Assembly (NCBI GenBank): GCA_050230475.1
Contig: JBFLGF010000030.1
Location: forward strand, 62,001 to 89,080
Direction: 5' to 3'
Length of the DNA stretch: 27,080 nucleotides
Source: Ancylonema sp.
Lineage: Eukaryota
In this document: positions 20,685-27,080 of the stretch, piece after piece
Position numbering within the stretch: the stretch's first letter is position 1
How the letters are laid out: each line of letters begins with the position of its first letter
Notes under the pieces: model-generated
What the model was told of the DNA's origin: nothing
Database searches by the model: none
What the model saw: only the letters and a program-made list of their open reading frames with translations
Translations under genes and position numbers: made by a program

Positions 20685-20879
20685 TAATGACAAGAAGGCC
20701 TTCAAATACGACTTGTCCAACTAAAAGGTTGAAACTTATTGGAAATACATAAACTTGTGTCTTCATATCCAAGCCTACTAGGAATGGTTCTTGTCATGTT
20801 CAAATCTTGCAATCGATTGTCTGGGTTGTCAATGATTTATGAAAAAATGAAAAGCATGTACCATGTAGATGTTTTTACA

Positions 20880-21113
20880 CAGTTGGGTCCCGGACGTGCT
20901 TGTCCGGAATGAGTCCCGGACGTGTCCGGTATGTGTATGCAGAATCCCGGACATGTCCGGAGCCAATAACATGAAAATATGGAGAATGGAAATTCAAAAA
21001 ATACAGAGCGCTCCTTTTGATCCTAAGTTTTTTTTTGCTGCTTTTTTTTTGGGGCACGGGTGTTTGAGTTCGGGACGTGTCCGGAGAATTCCGGACACGT
21101 TTGGGGCCAACTA
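20880..21113. mobile_element. MITE-like element with subterminal CCGGAC(G/A)TGTCCGG repeats, possibly hAT-related
   Basis: Imperfect termini CAGTTGGGTCCC / GGGGCCAACTA. About five CGGAC..TGTCCGG-type motifs cluster at the two ends around an AT-rich core. No clear target-site duplication. Confidence 0.6.
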
Positions 21114-21476
21114 GAATTGTATGTCATGCCGACACCCTAGGTGTGGAGTGCACCATATACACAAGCGGTGGCATAAACGTACAAACATTCTATATGTAAC
21201 ACGAAATCTGTATGCATGCGCGATACTGCATAGAACAACCATCTTCAAACTCCACGTTTTATACAAAATAAAATAAAAATATATTCAAGAAAGACAGAGA
21301 AAATGGAGAAACGCAATCCAAAATAACCATGTTTGATTGACAATTAAGCATCGAACACAAGGACATTAGTCAATGCGAACAACAAGTGAAATCGCAAACG
21401 CTTTACAACTTCTCGAGCATGAAATAGATTTATGTAACAAGGAGGAACAAAAGGTACAAGTGTCGCCACTCATCAA

Positions 21477-24400
21477 CTACGCGTCAAAAACTTTGATCAC
21501 TTGACGAATGGCCTTCCGACATATGGGGCATAATGCCGGCTGTTGGTTCATCAACCTGCAAACCCCAAAAAAATCATGTCCAACATGCATATCTTTCAAC
21601 TTGCAAAAAAAGACATCGCCAACCCACACCACAAATCCAAATAACCTCCTCCAAAGCAACCTGCTATCCGACCACTCACAGTTGTGCGCAACCATAACAA
21701 GTAGCCCGATGCCCGCACTCGATCAGGATCGCATCCTTCTTCGCGTCCATGCAGATGGAGCAAGCATCCACAACCCCCGGTTTGCCCTCCCCCCCTTCCC
21801 TCTCCTCCCCTTCCTCCACCTCCACTGGGGGGGCAGAGGGCACAACAACAGCCCCGCCCCCCGCGGCCGCGGATGGCACCCAAGTGTTGGGCAACGGGGC
21901 GGGTATTTGCGGCGGGGGTAACGGAGAGGGGGTAGCCTCGGAGGACCACCCAAACCCAATCGCGCGCTCGAAAACGGACGGCTGCCGACCCAGGGGGGTG
22001 CGGAGGGGGAGGGGGGGGTTGGAGAAGAGCGGCGCGTTGCTTCCCCCTCCGCTCCTTTGATCCAATTGGGACAGGGCGTAGTCGCGATTGGCCTTCCCGT
22101 GCGCCCACACAGCCAAAAGGAAAGTGGCGAACCAGGTGGAACCTGAACCAACCAAGGACCAACCAACATTTTGAAGGGCCCACCGAGACGGGAGACAGAT
22201 GGGTGGGAGGAAGGGGAGGCCAAGCACAGGGGGTATACACCACAGGTGAGGGCCTAGTTCCAAAAACACCTCATGCCGAGAACCACCTCCGCCCCCTTCT
22301 ATAGTTGGAATCAAACGACGAGGGTGCGTACCGATGACGAGGAGGAAGGACAGTAGGCGTACGCGATACTGCACATCTGCTTTATACGCCTCCATCTGCA
22401 TCAACAATCATTCATCAACACGAATGATTAAGAAAAAAAAAAAAAAAAAAAAAAAAAGCTATGCCTTCCCCTAGATCCGCCTCCCCCCTTTCTCGCTTCC
22501 CTTCCCCCCCCCCTTACGTTCCCAGAATGAGTTTCGGGCGACGCCAGCACCACTTTCGTTCCGGAAAGCAGTTTGATGGGCACCCAGCACCCGCTGCCCG
22601 ACCGCAGCATGCAGCGGGCGGAGGCGGAGGAGGTGTCGTAAATCAGGCCGCTGACGGTCAGAGCGAGATTGAGCACCTGCACGCAACAGAAAAATCAACA
22701 TTCGGCTTTCAACATTCTTGCACATTGAACCCACCCCATCTTGTCCACCCCCCCCCCGCCTTCTCCCACATGCAAAAGGAAAGTTATGGGATGGGGTAAC
22801 GGGATTGAAGAGTGTGCTGTATACCCTCTCTCCTGCAAAGGGTACGAGAGGGTGTCTACCTCCACTGGACGATCATGAACGTTGCCGAGCGCAATGAAGT
22901 AGTCCGAACTGGAATCAGCATTGAACTTGGCACTTCCCCCCCCTGCAAATACGGTTGCCCACAACGATCACAATCCACTGTCTCCCCCTTTCCTGCTTTG
23001 TCCCTGGGGCTAGAGAGCAACCGAGAATCGGAGTCCTACTTGAGATGTCTTGAAACACCAGAGTGTCCCCGAAGCCCCGCGGGTCATCCTTCCACCCAGC
23101 AAAGCGATCCGCTCCTGAACCCCCATCAGACCCAGCCTTGCATCTGTTGATCTCAACACGCCATAAAATGAAATCGAGTGCATCTCAGTGGGGTGGAGTC
23201 AGGATGGAGGGCTGACCTTGCAGCACTACCAGGAACAGGCCATCCATGTCGAGCTGGTAGGAGAGGGAGACAGCCGACCCGCGGTTGAGATAGAGTGACC
23301 AGCTCTGGAGGTTAGCAGGAACGAGGATTGGAATGAATGAAAGTGTCAAAGACAATTCATGGAACGAATATTGGAATGAATGAAAGAGTCGAAGACAATT
23401 CGAAGCGCTCCTGGAACCACAGGACGAATTGAACAGGCTTCACAAGTTCAACGAACATGCATGTGAAAATGATTTTTTCTCATACTATTCCACTGGGGAA
23501 CGTAACCAAGGATGCGACGATGTGAGCCTGGGTACCTCAAATCCATACACGCGCACAAATTCGTGCGAGAACTCCTCCTTCCAGAGAAGAGTGTGTGAGA
23601 GAGCAGGGTTGGAGGCGTAAGTATACACTGTGGACTGGAGAGCGTCTGGAATAGAGCCGACGGGTTTGATCTGCAGAACATGTCCATGAGCAGACCCAAT
23701 ATGCAGGTAAGTCTACACCCGCCTCTGGCAGTACTCGACTTTTTTTGGAACATGAGTTGATTTGCGTCACAACCATGGGAGAACTGGAAGCTACAAACTG
23801 TAGACCGTCTTTTGTTCATCCGTAAATGCGGCCCACAAATCAAAGATAACATCATGCCGCCCGCCTTACTCGCAAGTACAAATATCCGAAGTACGAATTT
23901 CGTTGTAGTAAAATTTACTGACCATTCAGAGACTACCTCTCCCAACTTGTAGCAGGTTGTCATGGGTGAAAGATAACTTGCCTCTATCGATATTACAAAA
24001 AAAGTGTTGACTGCAAGGAGTCGACTTTCTCGGTAAGATACTTGAAGGTGCAGCGGATTGAAGCAAAATGCATACATGTACAGCATGACTGCCAAAACAA
24101 TCCACCAGCTCCCGTCAGCGCCAGAAAGAAGAGACCGTGGTACAATAGGAAGAAAATACCTCGAGCACGCATGAGAAGAGCACGATGCGATATGAGTATG
24201 CGATATGCGACAGGCAATTCCCGCACAGCAAATAAGCTGGACGCGTACCAACAACGATGCCAATGTCTATTATTGGACGCAGAGTGAGCCAGGCGGGAAT
24301 TCTGGGCCCTTGTGACACTAGAACAGCAGGAGGTGCAGAATAAGCTCTCGTCCCCGGGTATATTGGTGCAGGATTTCCGACAACGACATAGGTGCTCCGG

Positions 24401-24537
24401 TTGACATATGTGTTCCGACTATTGCTGTTACTGTGGGGATGATAATGATGCGAGCCTCCGCCGAAACTCCCACCACTCGAGTTGGACGTAAACCCGCCTC
24501 CCCCCCCGCCACCACCGAAGCTACCACCTGAATTCAT
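21477..24537 (-). CDS. APD-like membrane-anchored C3HC4 RING E3 ubiquitin ligase; 10 exons, 513 aa
   Basis: Exons (minus) 24537-24249, 24088-23982 (GC donor), 23670-23536, 23304-23217, 23114-23040, 22942-22860, 22676-22518, 22395-22332, 22142-21680 and 21555-21477 join in frame (1542 nt, TAG stop). APD-type middle region: SRLLAVNTFFV, WSLYLNRGSAVSLSY, WKDDP, DYFIALGN, LIYDTSSA. Two hydrophobic segments. RING: CSICMDAKKDAILIECGHRATCYGCAQLL...CPICRKAI. The N-terminus is Gly/Ser/His-rich and the start codon is inferred. Confidence 0.87.
23327..23401. repeat. Two-copy direct repeat (43-bp period) in an intron of the RING gene
   Basis: ATTGGAATGAATGAAAG(T/A)GTC(A/G)AAGACAATTC occurs at 23327 and 23370. 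Confidence 0.85.
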
Positions 24538-25498
24538 TACTCCTGATGAACTCAGGTGGGCAGAGGCTAGACCACTTCCCCTCAAAGTTTCTGGGAGAAA
24601 GGGGTAAAAGAAACGGGGCGCACTCTCAGGTGAGGATTACCACTTATAGCTCGCCACTTACAGTCGATGGTGCTAACTCAGCCTTTCTACGTCTCACACA
24701 GCTGAAAGAAAAATCCTAGCTGCTCTGCGGTTGGATGAGGTGTCGTTATCTGCAGAAGAGGGAAGCCTTCACAGGGGCTGGTTGTGGCGACGAGTCAAAG
24801 CGCGTTTTCCTAGTCTAGGAATGGCGCAAACATGATGTGCCGGGGATGGGGGGGCGCGAAAAAAACCTGTTTAAGCTGGCGGAATCATTTGCGCCGTAAC
24901 GTCGTCGAAAACGTCGATGTGCCACGTGTACCCCGATGCTGACCTCCATGGCGCGGCATACGGCATTACGGTGTTGGCGCGAACGTTGTTCAATTTTTTC
25001 CCTCCGATCATGCGCTCGCGGGTGGGTTCGTGCAGAGCGCATCCCGTGTCCGCGTGTGAAGCTCTGCACCCGAGAAGGATTGTGGAGCCTTCGCATGCGG
25101 TTGGGTCCTGGCGGCCGGACTGCAGTCGTGAGATGAGAATTCGCAGTTCTGACGAAGACGACGCTCTAGAAGACGAGCCTCTTACATCTTCTTGAGATAG
25201 TCTCGTATCGCATCGATCGTAGATCGTATGGTCATTTCAACGCCTTTCTTGCGAGATTTGATCAAAATCACTCGTTACAGCTAGTCCAAGCATGTGACTT
25301 TCTCGATCAATCATGTTGGCATACAAGCAAATCATGTCAACAGCTGTAACTCAGGGCTCCGTTGCCGTATTAAGGCTTTCGCTGCCATGCCAAAAATGTC
25401 GGGGCCACATGTCTGGTGGCCCCGAAGTGTTTTTTTCTTGGTCGGACTTCGAAATTGCAAGAGAAATCTTCTTACGTGTGTCGCCCTAACCTGAAACA

Positions 25499-26804
25499 AT
25501 GTCACCGACGGATGGTGACGTGCAATGGACTGCGAATTTGTCGCCATACGATACTTTGGGTAGCCACAAGTTTCCGACCACCAACCTAGGGGATTGTACT
25601 TAAACTTTTATTCGCACATTTAAATCCATTTTAGAATAAATTGCACCGCATATTAGGAGCGTTACATACAAAAAACCGATAGACGTCCAACTCACGTAAG
25701 AGTTCATGTAAACAATGTTGTCTCACGAGGTAGAAGTAAAATGATTAGTGAGAAGAACCCTATGACGAGTCCACATACAAGGCAGCTACAAGGCAGCTAC
25801 AGACAAGTTTTCAGGAGATTTCAACCTATTCACATAAGATATCATCCTACTATCACCTTAAAAGTAATAGTCCATGTGCCAATGCGTGGGCGTAAAGTCA
25901 CTAAAACATATTGTCTTCTTTGGGTTGCAGAGGTGGAAAAAAATGCGTCGGAAGAGGAAGTGAGAGCAGCGTACCGACGTATGGCCAAGAAGTACCACCC
26001 CGATGGTAAGGGACACGTTCCATGTGCTTAAAGATGCACAGATTGGTATATGTTGTGTCCCAAGAATAGGCTTGTTCAATGTCACTGAAGTTTGTGAATG
26101 GTGTACATGCAGTGTACAATTCGGGGCCTTTGGCTGATGGAGAAACTCCCTCGTCGAGGTTCGTGCAAATCCAAGCTGCCTACGAACTACTTATTGATCC
26201 CCAAGAGCGTCGAAAGTACGATGGGGAACATCGCGCAAATCCAATGCAGGTTAGAAGAGGAAGGGACTTATAACGGATTAAGGTACAATCATCCATCCAT
26301 CATTCATCGGAATATGGTCATAAGCTCTGGCTTGATCATGTTCTTCCCCGATTTTTGCAGGCATCAAAGGCGTGGATGGAGTGGGTGAGGACCAAGAAGG
26401 CGGCATTTGAGCAAAGGGGAGACTTAGTAGCAACAGCGTGGGCAGAACAACAGCAACGCGAGTTCCAACTCCGAGCTCGAAACATGTTCAAGGGCAAGGT
26501 ATAAACCTGCTCACACCCCACTTGTGAGCGACAAGTCGTGTAGCTGTGTTGTAAGCACTTTTGTATGCACTGGTTGACGGACTTCCGTTGTTGTTTACAG
26601 ATGGACCCTGAAGAAGAGAGGCGTCTTGTGGCAAAGGAGTGGCAAGCTAGTGTTGCGACTTTCGAAACAACAGTACGGAGGCACACGCTTGTATTAAGAA
26701 AGAGAGATCTGCTTCGAAAGAAAGTTGAGGACGCCGCAAAGAAACAATTGGTGACGGACTTACTAGCCTTAGAGGGGTTTGAGCTTGATGACGACAATAA
26801 GTAA
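25499..26804 (+). CDS. Type III J-domain (DnaJ) protein of a conserved plant family; N-terminus unresolved
   Basis: Exons 25499(?)-25559, 25931-26005, 26113-26249, 26361-26498 and 26601-26804 are GT-AG and in frame. J-domain: [32 protein letters not shown]...FVQIQAAYELLIDPQERRKYD. The C-terminal region NPMQASKAWMEW...FEQRGD...AWAEQQQRE...DPEEERRL...RRHTLVLRKRDL resembles plant small DnaJ proteins thought to be plastid-localised (recognised from memory). Confidence 0.87.
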
Positions 26805-27080
26805 CAATCGATTCACTCTATTCTTCCGCACAATCAGCATGCAGTTTGTTTCCCACCGTTTTGCTTCACTCAAAGCCGTAGTCGGCCCAAACGGTTGAGG
26901 TCTTTTGCGAAAAGCGGTAACCAACATGTATGCGAACATGAAACTCGTTCGGAACATGTTCGGAAGCAGAACATTTGACGAAAAGTGAAGAAGTACGAAC
27001 TTCGACGTAGTGTTTTATGGAGTAGTAATTACAACAATGGAAATTTTCTAGGTAGAGTAGGTAACGCAAATATGTATCGT

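Noticed and set aside
20239..20772. 177-aa hydrophobic ORF on the minus strand
   Set aside because: It is an AT-rich Phe/Ile-biased frame overlapping a non-autonomous element, with no transposase motifs.
23448..24263. 271-aa ORF on the minus strand
   Set aside because: Only 24088-23982 is coding in this frame (RING gene exon 2). The remainder is intron or out-of-frame exon.
25487..25489. TAA reassigned to Gln (alternative nuclear code) to explain the DnaJ stop
   Set aside because: Other genes in the window end at TAA or TAG at the expected C-termini and have no internal TAR codons.
25499..26804. Naming the J-protein NdhT/CRRJ
   Set aside because: It has no C-terminal transmembrane segment and its tail does not match what I recall of NdhT, so no symbol is assigned.
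2037..26804. The five genes as a functional cluster or novel system
   Set aside because: The functions are unrelated, with no shared pathway logic. The arrangement fits an ordinary gene-dense eukaryotic region.

Overview
Eukaryotic nuclear DNA from a green-plant lineage, probably a streptophyte alga or early-diverging land plant. This is inferred from the gene families; the species cannot be identified. I reconstructed five spliced genes by hand: (1) an 8-exon, predicted secreted Taka-amylase-like GH13 alpha-amylase (minus, 2037-4354, 517 aa); (2) a 15-exon DEMETER/ROS1-like 5mC DNA glycosylase (minus, 9995-15463, about 1399 aa); (3) a 4-exon UTR2/UTR4-like nucleotide-sugar/PAPS transporter (plus, 16406-17974, 333 aa); (4) a 10-exon APD-like membrane C3HC4 RING E3 ligase with a GC-AG intron (minus, 21477-24537, 513 aa); (5) a J-domain protein with an unresolved N-terminus (plus, about 25499-26804). 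Intergenic DNA holds an (AAT)n microsatellite and a cluster of MITE-like elements. The most notable points are substitutions at two DNA-invading residues of the demethylase (FLTHNVSD, RGQQ), a fungal/amoebozoan-type amylase with an unusual active-site motif among plant genes, G-tract-rich and stop-free introns in the demethylase, and an in-frame stop between a possible transit peptide and the J-domain. I found no evidence for a multi-gene novel system, CRISPR array or RNA gene.
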